This document shows, one piece after another, positions 35,704-44,287 of a stretch of 64,000 nt of DNA. This DNA is from an uncultured Elusimicrobiaceae bacterium. Its GTDB lineage: Bacteria; Elusimicrobiota; Elusimicrobia; Elusimicrobiales; UBA9959. Position 1 is the stretch's first letter, and the number at the start of each line of letters is the position of its first letter. The notes below the pieces were generated by a model, which was not told the DNA's origin, ran no database searches, and saw only the letters and a list, made by a program, of their open reading frames with translations. Made by a program: the position numbers and the translations under genes. The stretch spans positions 9,617-73,616 of the forward strand of contig CAYPYG010000002.1 of the NCBI GenBank assembly GCA_964415175.1. The letters are read 5' to 3'.

Positions 35704-36434
35704 AGGCTTTCATCCTGGCGGCCGGTCTGGGCACGCGGCTGCGCCCGCTGACCGACTCGAAACCCAAGGCCCTCATAACCGCGGGGGGGAAGACCCTGCT
35801 TGAGATAATAATGCGGCGGCTGACAGCCGCCGGCGCGGACGAGTTCGTCGTCAACCTGCATCATTTCCCGGAGCAGATAGAGGAGTTCCTGCGCGCCAAC
35901 GGCAATTTCGGCGCGAAGGTCTCCTTTTCCTATGAGCGGGAAAGACCGCTCGAGACCGGCGGCGGCCTCAAGCACGCCGCGCCCCTGCTCGACGGCGCCG
36001 AGCCCTTCTTCGTCCACAACGCCGACGTCTATACCGAGATGGACCTGCGGGCCATGTACCAGGCGCACCTGGGCAGCGGCGCGCTGGCCACGCTGGCCGT
36101 CATGGACCGCCCGACGACGCGCAAGTTCCTTTTCGACAACGAGGGCCGCCTGCGCGGCTGGCGCGGCAAGGAGGAGACCCGCTGGGCGCACAAGCCCTGC
36201 AAGGCCGACGCGCTGGCCTTCAGCGGCGTGCACGTGGTCTCGCCCGCCATCTTCGCCAAACTGACCGAGGAAGGCGTCTTCTCCATGACGGACGCCTACC
36301 TGCGGCTGGCCAAAATAGGCGAGCGGATACGCCCTTTCCGCGCCGACGGCACCTACTGGGCCGATATCGGCACGCCGGAGAAACTGGCGGCCTTAGAGGC
36401 CCGCGTCGCCCGCACCGGCCTCAAACTGGATTGA
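35700..36434 (+). CDS. murU: MurU-like sugar-1-phosphate nucleotidyltransferase
   Basis: MKAFILAAGLGTRLRPLTDSKPKAL, ETGGGL, WADIGTPEKL. ATGA overlap with the kinase gene. Confidence 0.8.
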   Translation: MKAFILAAGLGTRLRPLTDSKPKALITAGGKTLLEIIMRRLTAAGADEFVVNLHHFPEQIEEFLRANGNFGAKVSFSYERERPLETGGGLKHAAPLLDGAEPFFVHNADVYTEMDLRAMYQAHLGSGALATLAVMDRPTTRKFLFDNEGRLRGWRGKEETRWAHKPCKADALAFSGVHVVSPAIFAKLTEEGVFSMTDAYLRLAKIGERIRPFRADGTYWADIGTPEKLAALEARVARTGLKLD

Positions 36435-36464
36435 GTTCTTTCGATAAGGAGACAATGGGGGTGG

Positions 36465-36637
36465 CGGCGGATTCGCGGAGAAAAACCCTTCGGAGCCGCG
36501 AGCTTACGGAGTTCGCGCCGCAGCTAGCCGGTGGAATCACTATCCTGAGGGAGCGGAGGCGCGGACGAGCGCTCGCGGCGAGAGCGGGAAGCGCGCGCAC
36601 GGTGTGCGCGACGCTGTTTTTTCGAAGCGAACCGCCG
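36465..36637 (+). repeat. conserved structured element A, copy 1 (candidate ncRNA or miniature element)
   Basis: The core 36481..36620 aligns near-gaplessly with 47341..47480. Closing inverted repeat 36465..36485 / 36617..36637. A 3' hairpin at 36590..36615 is followed by a T-run. Confidence 0.7.
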
Positions 36638-36661
36638 ACAGGACCCCGATAGTTATTCCAT

Positions 36662-37453
36662 ATGAAAAAAACGAAGCACTCCATACCCGACGGCACCCAG
36701 GTCTACTGGAGCGGCCTCCACTACGACAGCGACAACCTCGCCGACCCCGGCGACGAGAAACATTACCTGGCACTAGCCAAGGCCGCCCGCGGGCCCGTCC
36801 TGGAACTGGCCTGCGGCACCGGCCGGCTCGCCATACCGCTCCGGAAAGCCGGCATGGACATCACCGGCCTCGACGTGTCCGCGCCCATGCTGGAACGGGC
36901 CCGCGCCAAAGCGGAGGCGGCCGGCCTGAAGATGGACTTCATCCGCGGCGACGCCAGGAAATTCCGCCTGAAGAAGAAGTTCAAGCTGATCTTCATCGCC
37001 TACAACTCGATGCAGCACATACACTCCATAGAGGACCTGGAGGCCTTCTTCTCGTCCGTGAAAGCGCATCTCGCGCCCGGCGGAAAGTTCGCCTTCGACG
37101 TCTTCAACCCGGACCCGCGCCACCTCTCGCGCGACAGCGAGGAACTCATACCGATAGGCTGCTACGAAGACCCCGAAGGGAAAGGGGAGATCCTGATAAA
37201 CGAGCAGTATTTCTACGACCGGCATCTCCAGAGCACCGCCGTGGTCTGGCATTACTCCAAGCGGGGGAGGAAAATAGATTCGAAACGCCTGCGGATGCGC
37301 TGCTTCTTCCCGCTGGAGCTCGACTCCCTGCTGCGCTACAACGGTTTCGAGGTACTGGCCAAGTACGGCGACTTCAAGCATCGCCCGTTCGGCCCCTCCA
37401 GCTCCAAGCAGATACTGGTAACGGCGCCGGCCGGGAGGCCCGCGGGGCGCTGA
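36662..37453 (+). CDS. class I SAM-dependent methyltransferase
   Basis: VLELACGTGRLAIPL (motif I), and FDVFNP. Confidence 0.85.
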   Translation: MKKTKHSIPDGTQVYWSGLHYDSDNLADPGDEKHYLALAKAARGPVLELACGTGRLAIPLRKAGMDITGLDVSAPMLERARAKAEAAGLKMDFIRGDARKFRLKKKFKLIFIAYNSMQHIHSIEDLEAFFSSVKAHLAPGGKFAFDVFNPDPRHLSRDSEELIPIGCYEDPEGKGEILINEQYFYDRHLQSTAVVWHYSKRGRKIDSKRLRMRCFFPLELDSLLRYNGFEVLAKYGDFKHRPFGPSSSKQILVTAPAGRPAGR

Positions 37454-37454
37454 G

Positions 37455-37985
37455 ATGCTTTCATTCCTCTTTTACGGGGCCCTGCTGGCCGCCTTCTTCG
37501 TAGCGGGCCTCTATGTCCTGGACTGGTTCATAAAGTCCGGCGGGCGCAAAGGGAACGCCGATATATCCCTGGACGCGGTGTATATCGCCGGGGTCGTCCT
37601 CACCGTCGCCGCCGCCTTCGCGGTCATAGGCCTCTTCACCGGCAGGCTGGCCCCGGTAAAACTGGCGTTCGCCGCCATCCTCCTGGGATCGATCGCGACA
37701 TACCTGTGGCGAGCGAAGATCTCCTCCGACAACAGGAAGATCGCCCTGGAACTTCTCGCCGAAGAAGAAGCGAAGGTCCGGGAGGTCGCCCGCGCGGACC
37801 CGCGGAACGCAGCCGCCTGGGCGCGCCTGGCCGAGATCGCCGAAAAGAAGGGCGAACCGCGCAGGGCGGCGGACTATCTGCAAAAAGTCATGGAGCTGGA
37901 GCCTTCGGAAAATACGGAACTGAAGATAAGGACGCTGCGCGGACCGGACCCTTCCGGGGCGGGCCGACGTCATCCCCCCGGCTGA
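37455..37985 (+). CDS. membrane protein with a C-terminal TPR-like helix pair
   Basis: 176-aa ORF with 3 TM segments, then NAAAWARLAEIAEKKGEPRRAADYLQKVMELEP. Confidence 0.6.
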   Translation: MLSFLFYGALLAAFFVAGLYVLDWFIKSGGRKGNADISLDAVYIAGVVLTVAAAFAVIGLFTGRLAPVKLAFAAILLGSIATYLWRAKISSDNRKIALELLAEEEAKVREVARADPRNAAAWARLAEIAEKKGEPRRAADYLQKVMELEPSENTELKIRTLRGPDPSGAGRRHPPG

Positions 37986-37992
37986 CGGTCCT

Positions 37993-38397
37993 CTATCGGT
38001 TGAACTTCAGGTAGAGTTTGAGCAGGCTGGAGAGCTTGTCGAGGCCGGGCGGCTTGATGACATAGTCGTAGGCGCCCTCGGCGACGGCCTTCTTCGCGAG
38101 GTCCTCGTTGTCCACGCCGCTTATCACTATCACGCAGCACTTGGGGTTGGTCTTGAGCGCGCGGCTGGTCAGTTCCAGCCCGGAGGCCCCGCGCACGTAA
38201 ATGTCGGTCACCACGATATCGTAGGGATCGTCCGCCAGCAGGAGGCGCGCCTCCTCGGCGCCGCCGGCGCGGCTGACCGCGAGCTCGGGGAACGCGCCGA
38301 AGAGTTCCTCCAGGCGCGCGGCGACATGCGCCTCTTCCTCTATGAGCAGCAGTTTCTTTTCCATATCCTGCCGGGACGACGGCCGCGCGGCGCTCAC
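37993..38397 (-). CDS. single-domain response regulator
   Basis: LLLIEEE, IVVTDIYV and YVIKP receiver residues. The GTG start overlaps the upstream TGA (GTGA). Confidence 0.8.
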   Translation of the reverse strand: MSAARPSSRQDMEKKLLLIEEEAHVAARLEELFGAFPELAVSRAGGAEEARLLLADDPYDIVVTDIYVRGASGLELTSRALKTNPKCCVIVISGVDNEDLAKKAVAEGAYDYVIKPPGLDKLSSLLKLYLKFNR

Positions 38398-39506
38398 AGG
38401 AGCTTCCGGTAGATCCGGTGCCTGCGGTACACCCTGCCGCCGACCATCTCGATGATCGAGTTGATCTTCTCGTTGTCCTCGAGCGTCCAGGACAGTTCGC
38501 CGTACTCCCAGCCGACCTTGCGCGAGGAGAGTATGGCCTGCTTTATCAGCAGCATCTCGAGGCCTTTGTTGCGGAATTCGTTCTTTACGCCGAGCGCCAC
38601 CAGACGGCCCGCCTTTATCCTGAGCATCCCCAGCAGAAAGCCGGGCAGCGTCAGAGGGTTGGACAGCGTGCCCCGGGCGGCCTTCAGCGGCACGTTGAAA
38701 TCGGGCAGTATCAGGCAGAAGGCCGCGGGCCGGCCTTCGACCGTCGCGAAGAAAAGGTAATCCGGCTTGAGCAGGGACCTGAGTCCCCGCGCCAGCTCGT
38801 CGATCTCGTCGCCGGTCATCGGCACGAAGCCCCAGTTCTTCCCCCAGGCGGAATTGTAGATGTCCTTCAGGTCGGCCAGCGCCTCGTCTATCCGTTTTAC
38901 GTCCACGAACTCCAGTTGCACCCGGCCGTCGCGCAGGACGCGGTCCACTATCTTCTCGAAGCGCCGCGGCAGGTCCGGCGCCGAGGGGCGCTTCCAGGCC
39001 AGCAGGTCCTTCTCCCTGGCGAAACCGGCGTCCTCCACCAGCCTCAGGTAATAGGGCGGATTGTACGGGGTCATTATCGCCGGGGGGAAGTCGAAACCCT
39101 CGCAGAGCATGCCGCAGGTCTCGTTGGTCGAGGGGTTCACAGGCCCCCGGACGAACGCCATCCCCTTGGTCGCCAGCCAGGAGGCGGCCCCGGAGAAGAG
39201 GAGCCGCGAGGCGGCCAGGTCGTCCTGGCAGTCGAAAAAACCGAAAAAGCCGCAGCGCTCGTCGTGGAAGTCGTTATGGGCGCGGTTGAGTATGGCGGCT
39301 ATCCTGCCCACGGGAACGCCGTCCCGGAAGGCCATGAAAAGCCGCCGCTCGGCGTGGTCCCAGAACGGGTGTCCGGGCCCCAGAAGCCGGGAGGTGTCCT
39401 TCTTCAGGTCGCCCACCCAGTAAGGATGGCCGCGGAAAAGGCGGAAAGGGAAATCCACGAACTCGGCCAGGCGGCCGTCGTCTATTACCTGCAGGGTAAG
39501 GGGCAT
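38394..39506 (-). CDS. large GNAT-fold acyltransferase-like protein (possible bacterial ceramide synthase-type N-acyltransferase; function unverified)
   Basis: 370-aa ORF 7 nt downstream of the spt-like gene. C-terminal ...LGVKNEFRNKGLEMLLIKQAI... resembles an acyl-CoA-binding GNAT motif A. Confidence 0.7.
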   Translation of the reverse strand: MPLTLQVIDDGRLAEFVDFPFRLFRGHPYWVGDLKKDTSRLLGPGHPFWDHAERRLFMAFRDGVPVGRIAAILNRAHNDFHDERCGFFGFFDCQDDLAASRLLFSGAASWLATKGMAFVRGPVNPSTNETCGMLCEGFDFPPAIMTPYNPPYYLRLVEDAGFAREKDLLAWKRPSAPDLPRRFEKIVDRVLRDGRVQLEFVDVKRIDEALADLKDIYNSAWGKNWGFVPMTGDEIDELARGLRSLLKPDYLFFATVEGRPAAFCLILPDFNVPLKAARGTLSNPLTLPGFLLGMLRIKAGRLVALGVKNEFRNKGLEMLLIKQAILSSRKVGWEYGELSWTLEDNEKINSIIEMVGGRVYRRHRIYRKLL

Positions 39507-39512
39507 TAAAAC

Positions 39513-40718
39513 TTACTTGGCCGCGGCGTGACGGCCGTTGAGGACTTTCCGGGCGCAGTCCTCGAGGATATTGAGAGCGCGGTCAAGATGCTCGCGGGTA
39601 TGCGTGGCGGAGACCACCACGCGCAGCAGCGAGCGCTTGGGCGGCACGGCCGGGCTGACCACCGGGGTGGTGAACAGGCCGGCCTCGTAGAGCGCTTTCC
39701 ACATGGAGAAAGTCAGGGTGTCGTCGCCGATGATTATGGGGATGATCGGGGTCTGCGTTTCGCCGGTGTTGAAGCCGAGCTCCTTGAACCGCTTGAGCAG
39801 GTAATTGGAATTATCCCAGAGTTTCTTTATCCGCTCGGGTTCCGACTCGATGATGTCTATGGCCCGCGATATCGAGGCGACCGAGGCGGGCGGGAGCGCG
39901 GCCGAGAAGATCATGGAGCGGGACACGTGCTGTATGTAATTGATGACCCTCTCGTCTCCGACGACGAAACCGCCGACCGAGGCGAAGGACTTGGAGCAGG
40001 TGCCTACGACCAGGTCCACCTCGCCGTGGCCCAGGCCGAAATGCTCGCAGGTGCCGCGGCCGCCCTTGCCCAGAACGCCGGTGGCGTGCGCGTCGTCCAC
40101 TATCACGCGGGCGCCGTGCTTCTTGGCGACCCTGACGATCTCTGGCACGGGGCAGATGTCCCCTTCCATCGAGAAGACGCCGTCCACTATGACCAGCTTG
40201 CCCGGCTTGGGGCCGATATCGGCCAGGACCCGGTCCAGGTCTGCGGGGGAATTATGCTTGAAGCGGCGCACCTCGCCGTTGCTGAGCTTGCAGCCGTCGA
40301 GTATGCTGGCGTGGTCGAGCTTGTCTATGACGACGACATCGCCTTTTCCGACCAGGGCCGAAACCACCCCCAGGTTCATCTGATAGCCGGTGGCGTAGAC
40401 CAGGGCGGCCTCGCGGCCCTTGAAGGCGGCAAGCTTGCGCTCCAGCGCGGCGTGCATGACGGTATTGCCGTTGAGGAAGCGGGAACCCGCCACGCCCGTG
40501 CCGTATTTCTCCACCGCTTCCACGGCGGCCTTCTTCATCCGCGGGTCGTTGGCCAGGCCGAGGTAATTATTGGAGCCGAACATGATGAACCGGCGGCCTT
40601 CGATGCTCACTTCGGGCGCCTGCTCGCTCTCGAGCTCCTTGAAATAGGGGTAGATGCCGGCGGCCTTGAGCTGGTCGACTATATCGAATTTCCGGCACTT
40701 TTCGAAGATGTCCGTCAT
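39513..40718 (-). CDS. alpha-oxoamine synthase, serine palmitoyltransferase-like (PLP)
   Basis: YPYFKELESEQAPEVSIEGRRFIMFGSNNYLGL N-terminus, DDAHATG, and the PLP-lysine GTCSKSF. The N-terminal pattern resembles bacterial Spt more than BioF/Kbl, as I recall them. Confidence 0.85.
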   Translation of the reverse strand: MTDIFEKCRKFDIVDQLKAAGIYPYFKELESEQAPEVSIEGRRFIMFGSNNYLGLANDPRMKKAAVEAVEKYGTGVAGSRFLNGNTVMHAALERKLAAFKGREAALVYATGYQMNLGVVSALVGKGDVVVIDKLDHASILDGCKLSNGEVRRFKHNSPADLDRVLADIGPKPGKLVIVDGVFSMEGDICPVPEIVRVAKKHGARVIVDDAHATGVLGKGGRGTCEHFGLGHGEVDLVVGTCSKSFASVGGFVVGDERVINYIQHVSRSMIFSAALPPASVASISRAIDIIESEPERIKKLWDNSNYLLKRFKELGFNTGETQTPIIPIIIGDDTLTFSMWKALYEAGLFTTPVVSPAVPPKRSLLRVVVSATHTREHLDRALNILEDCARKVLNGRHAAAK

Positions 40719-40784
40719 TGTTACCTCGCGGATTTGAGTAGAAATTGTATTAAATTGACCGGCCGCCTTACCAATGAAAGAACG

Positions 40785-41246
40785 CTATTTGAGCCTCTTT
40801 ATAAGGCCCGTGGTCGAGCGGCCTTTGAGCAGCGGCACGCGCACGGTGCGGGCGGCGTATTCCCGGCCTATTATCTCCGAACGGCCGTAGTCGGCGCCCT
40901 TGACCAGGATGTCCGGCCGCAGGACTTTCAGGGTCTCCGCGGGCGTGTCCTCTCCGAAAGGGACCACCGCGTCCACGCAGGCCAGCGCGCAGAGCACGCG
41001 CGCCCTGTCGGCCAGCTTGTTAACGGGCCGCGCCGGACCTTTGAGCCGGCGCACCGAGGCGTCGGAATTGAGGCCCAGTACCAGCGCGCCGCCCAGCGAG
41101 CGGGCGCGCTCCAGCAGGGCGACGTGGCCGGCGTGGAGGATGTCGAAACAGCCGTTGGTGAAGACCACTTTCCTGCCGGCGCGGGCCTGCGCGCGGCGCC
41201 AAGCGAGGGCCTTTTCGAGGTTCTTCAGTTTGCCCGCGGTGTTCAT
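40785..41246 (-). CDS. hldC: D-glycero-beta-D-manno-heptose-1-phosphate adenylyltransferase (RfaE domain II type)
   Basis: VVFTNGCFDILHAGHVALL cytidylyltransferase HxGH motif, and LVKGADY. Confidence 0.85.
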   Translation of the reverse strand: MNTAGKLKNLEKALAWRRAQARAGRKVVFTNGCFDILHAGHVALLERARSLGGALVLGLNSDASVRRLKGPARPVNKLADRARVLCALACVDAVVPFGEDTPAETLKVLRPDILVKGADYGRSEIIGREYAARTVRVPLLKGRSTTGLIKRLK

Positions 41247-42626
41247 CTATTTCGCCGCGGCGGAGCCGGCCGGGACCTTGGGCTCCAGCATCCTGGCCAT
41301 GAAACCGGTATCCACGCTGCCTGACGCGAAGTCCGGGTGGTCCAGCACCAGTTTGTGCACGTCGACGGTGGTGCTGACGCCGCTGACGCGGAACTCGCCC
41401 AGCGCGCGCCTGGAACGGGCGATGGCCTGTTTGCGGTCGGGCGCCCAGATTATGAGCTTGGCCAGCATGCTGTCGTAATAGATGGGCAGCTGGTAGCCCT
41501 GGTAGATATGGGTGTCGAGCCGTACGCCGGGCCCTCCGGGCACCGACCACTCCTCGACGCGGCCCACCGTGGGAGCGAAATTGCGGCTGAAGTCCTCGGC
41601 GTTGATGCGGTGCTCTATCGAGTGACCCTCGAAGTTGAGCGCGCGCGAAGGGGAGATCGAGATCTTCTCGCCGGCGGCGATCAGGATCTGTTCCTTCACC
41701 AGGTCGGTGCGGGTTATGTACTCGGTGACCGGGTGCTCTACCTGGAGGCGGGTGTTCACCTCCATGAAGTAGAAGTTGCGGTCCTTGTCCATCAGGAACT
41801 CGACCGTGCCGACGCCGACGTATTGCGCCGTGTTGGCCAGCCTTATCGCGGCCTCCGCCAGCCTGGCGCGCAGGGCCTTGTCCACCGCGGGCGAGGGCGA
41901 TTCCTCTATCAGTTTCTGGTGGCGGCGCTGCACGCTGCAGTCGCGCTCGGGAAAGGCGACGGCGTTGCCGTGCGAATCGCGCGCGAACTGCACCTCGACG
42001 TGCCGCGGACAGTCGATGAACTTCTCGAAATAGATCTCCCCGTTGCCGAAGGCGGCCTGCGCCTCGGAACTGGCCATCTCGGCCTCGTGCCTGAGCTGCG
42101 ACTCCTCGCGCACGATGCGTATCCCCTTGCCGCCGCCGCCGGCGGCCGCCTTTATCATCACCGGGTAGCCGATGGCCGCGGCCTCCTTGACCCAGGCCCC
42201 CTTCTCCACGCAGCCTTTCGTGCCGGGGGTGACCGGCACGCCGCCCTTGACGGCTATCCTGCGGGCCATGGCCTTGTGGCCCAGCTGGTCTATCGAATCG
42301 GCCGAAGGGCCGATGAAGGCTATGCCGGCCTTGGCGCAGGCCCGGGAGAACTCCGCGTTCTCGCTGAGGAAGCCGTAGCCGGGGTGCACCGCCTCGGCGC
42401 CGGTGAGCCTGGCGGCCGCGAGGACGGCCTGCATGTTCAGGTAGCTCTCGCGGCTGGGGCCGGGGCCTATGCAGACGGCCTCGTCGGCCTCGCGCACGTG
42501 CATCGACGCGCGGTCGGCCTCGGAATAGACGGCCACCGATCTTATGCCCATCTCGCGCAGCGTACGCATCACGCGTACGGCTATCTCTCCGCGGTTGGCG
42601 ATAAGCACTTTCCTGAAAAGGCTCAT
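41247..42626 (-). CDS. accC: acetyl-CoA carboxylase biotin carboxylase subunit
   Basis: Track ORF 41247..43616 trimmed to MSLFRKVLIANRGEIAVRV. MIKAAAGGGGKGIR and EVNTRLQVEHPVTE. Confidence 0.95.
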   Translation of the reverse strand: MSLFRKVLIANRGEIAVRVMRTLREMGIRSVAVYSEADRASMHVREADEAVCIGPGPSRESYLNMQAVLAAARLTGAEAVHPGYGFLSENAEFSRACAKAGIAFIGPSADSIDQLGHKAMARRIAVKGGVPVTPGTKGCVEKGAWVKEAAAIGYPVMIKAAAGGGGKGIRIVREESQLRHEAEMASSEAQAAFGNGEIYFEKFIDCPRHVEVQFARDSHGNAVAFPERDCSVQRRHQKLIEESPSPAVDKALRARLAEAAIRLANTAQYVGVGTVEFLMDKDRNFYFMEVNTRLQVEHPVTEYITRTDLVKEQILIAAGEKISISPSRALNFEGHSIEHRINAEDFSRNFAPTVGRVEEWSVPGGPGVRLDTHIYQGYQLPIYYDSMLAKLIIWAPDRKQAIARSRRALGEFRVSGVSTTVDVHKLVLDHPDFASGSVDTGFMARMLEPKVPAGSAAAK

Positions 42627-44275
42627 TTCATCTCCATCGGCGGGGGCTGCTCGGCCGTGACCGCCCCCGTCCACAAGTTCACCTTGAACACGTGAAGGTT
42701 CTTTATCTGCGGCCGCCGGCCCCGGCCCGCCGGCAGCTCCTCCCTCATCATCACGCGGTACTCCGGACCGCCGGCGTGTTCGGCCAGCCAGGTGTCCCGG
42801 GGCAGGGGACGTATGCCTCTCGCCCTCATGAGCGAAAGCTCGGCCGCGCGGGCCTGCTCCAGCGTCGGGCCGCCGTCCCTGGGCCGGGAATTCTTGAGAT
42901 AGGCCACGGCCTCGTCCAGCGCTTTGCCGGTTATGAAGCGCAGCCGCTTCTCGGCCTCGACGGCGTCTATGCCGCCGAGACAATAGAGCTGCGCGGTCTC
43001 CGCGGCGTCCTTGCCGGCGGCATGGTCCCCCAGACGGACGAAGGCGTCGGCCCGGCCCATATGAAGGGGGCACTGCTCCTTGGGCGTCAGCTCTTTCTTG
43101 ACCAGCAGGGCGCCGTAAATGTCCAGGGCCTCCCTGAAGCGCCCGAGGAACCGGAGGCTGTCGGCGTGATAGAACATGTACCAGAACACCTCGTCGGGGG
43201 AGAAGCCGACGGGATAGAAGCGCGAGGCCTCCACCGTCCGGGCGCACGAGACGGCGGCCTGCTCGTACTTCTTCATGAAGAACTGGGCGGAACACAGATA
43301 ACCGGAGGTGCGCGGGTCCACCGGGTCGGTCTCGGCGAGACGGCGGGCCAGCGACAGGGCCTGCGCGAACTCGCCTTTTTCTATGGCCTCGTCGATGGGG
43401 CCGAAAAAATTCCAGATATACGGCCGGGCCCAGCCGCCTTTCTCGGCGACGAAGGAAATATAGTCGTCCTTCCAGGTCCCGGTCCCCTCTTTCAGGCGGT
43501 ACTTTATCACCGCCGCGCGCTCCTCGTGCATGAAGATCTCGGGCGCGTCGAACTCCCAGCCGCCGACCCTCGTATCGTATTCCCTGTTGTTCCGGACATA
43601 GTCCTCGAAAGGACAACTCTCCCTGGAACTGGCCGACAGGAACTTGTAAGCGGCGTCATAATCGCCGCCGGACAGGGCGGAGAGATAGCGGCGGGCCGTG
43701 AGAAGCAGTTTTATCCGGGGGATGTGGGGGGCGAGAAAAAGCGAGGCGAGGCCGACGAGGGCCACGGCGAGCAGCAGGTAGAAGACCAGCATCTTCGGAC
43801 TGAAGATGCTCAGCTTTTTCGCGGAACGCTTGGAAGCAGGCGCGGGCTTCTGCGACCGGCCGGAAGCGCGCGGCGAAGGCGAGGCCGGCGTCTTTTCGTC
43901 CGGCCCGGAAGGCCGCGGCCCCTGGGGCGGGGGAGCTTCCCCCTCCTTGGAAGCCGGCCCGGACCGGGGCTGTTCCGGCCCGGGGCCGGGGCCGGCCTTG
44001 GGCTCCACTTTGGGGAGCGTGAAAGAACGGGAATTCACGGTATCCCCTATCGACTCGAAGACCACGGTGCGTCCCGAGATGCTGGGCCCGACGGACGGCC
44101 GGAACTCCAGCATCGTGCCGCAGCTGTCGCAGTATTTCTTGTCCGCGGAGCTCAGGAAACCGCAGGAACCGCACACCTTCTGAACGGGACCGCCGCACTT
44201 GGGACAGGCCTGCTCGGGCGTCCCCAGCTCGTGGCCGCATTTAGAGCACTTGATGTGCGAGTACTTAAGAGACAT
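42623..44275 (-). CDS. double zinc-ribbon / TM / TPR-like protein of unknown function
   Basis: 550 aa. N-terminal CSKCGH..CPKCGG..CGSCGF..CDSCG, a Pro-rich linker, one TM segment, and a helical-repeat C-terminal domain. Its stop overlaps the accC ATG. Confidence 0.75.
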   Translation of the reverse strand: MSLKYSHIKCSKCGHELGTPEQACPKCGGPVQKVCGSCGFLSSADKKYCDSCGTMLEFRPSVGPSISGRTVVFESIGDTVNSRSFTLPKVEPKAGPGPGPEQPRSGPASKEGEAPPPQGPRPSGPDEKTPASPSPRASGRSQKPAPASKRSAKKLSIFSPKMLVFYLLLAVALVGLASLFLAPHIPRIKLLLTARRYLSALSGGDYDAAYKFLSASSRESCPFEDYVRNNREYDTRVGGWEFDAPEIFMHEERAAVIKYRLKEGTGTWKDDYISFVAEKGGWARPYIWNFFGPIDEAIEKGEFAQALSLARRLAETDPVDPRTSGYLCSAQFFMKKYEQAAVSCARTVEASRFYPVGFSPDEVFWYMFYHADSLRFLGRFREALDIYGALLVKKELTPKEQCPLHMGRADAFVRLGDHAAGKDAAETAQLYCLGGIDAVEAEKRLRFITGKALDEAVAYLKNSRPRDGGPTLEQARAAELSLMRARGIRPLPRDTWLAEHAGGPEYRVMMREELPAGRGRRPQIKNLHVFKVNLWTGAVTAEQPPPMEMK

Positions 44276-44287
44276 CGGACCCCGGCC

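Noticed and set aside
36431-36652. 73-aa + strand ORF and the 91-aa minus-strand ORF 36421..36696 covering element A copy 1, raising the possibility that the repeat encodes a protein.
   Set aside because: Comparison with copy 2 shows changes concentrated at second codon positions in the only frame open in both copies. The other frames contain stops. Helix covariation supports a non-coding element.
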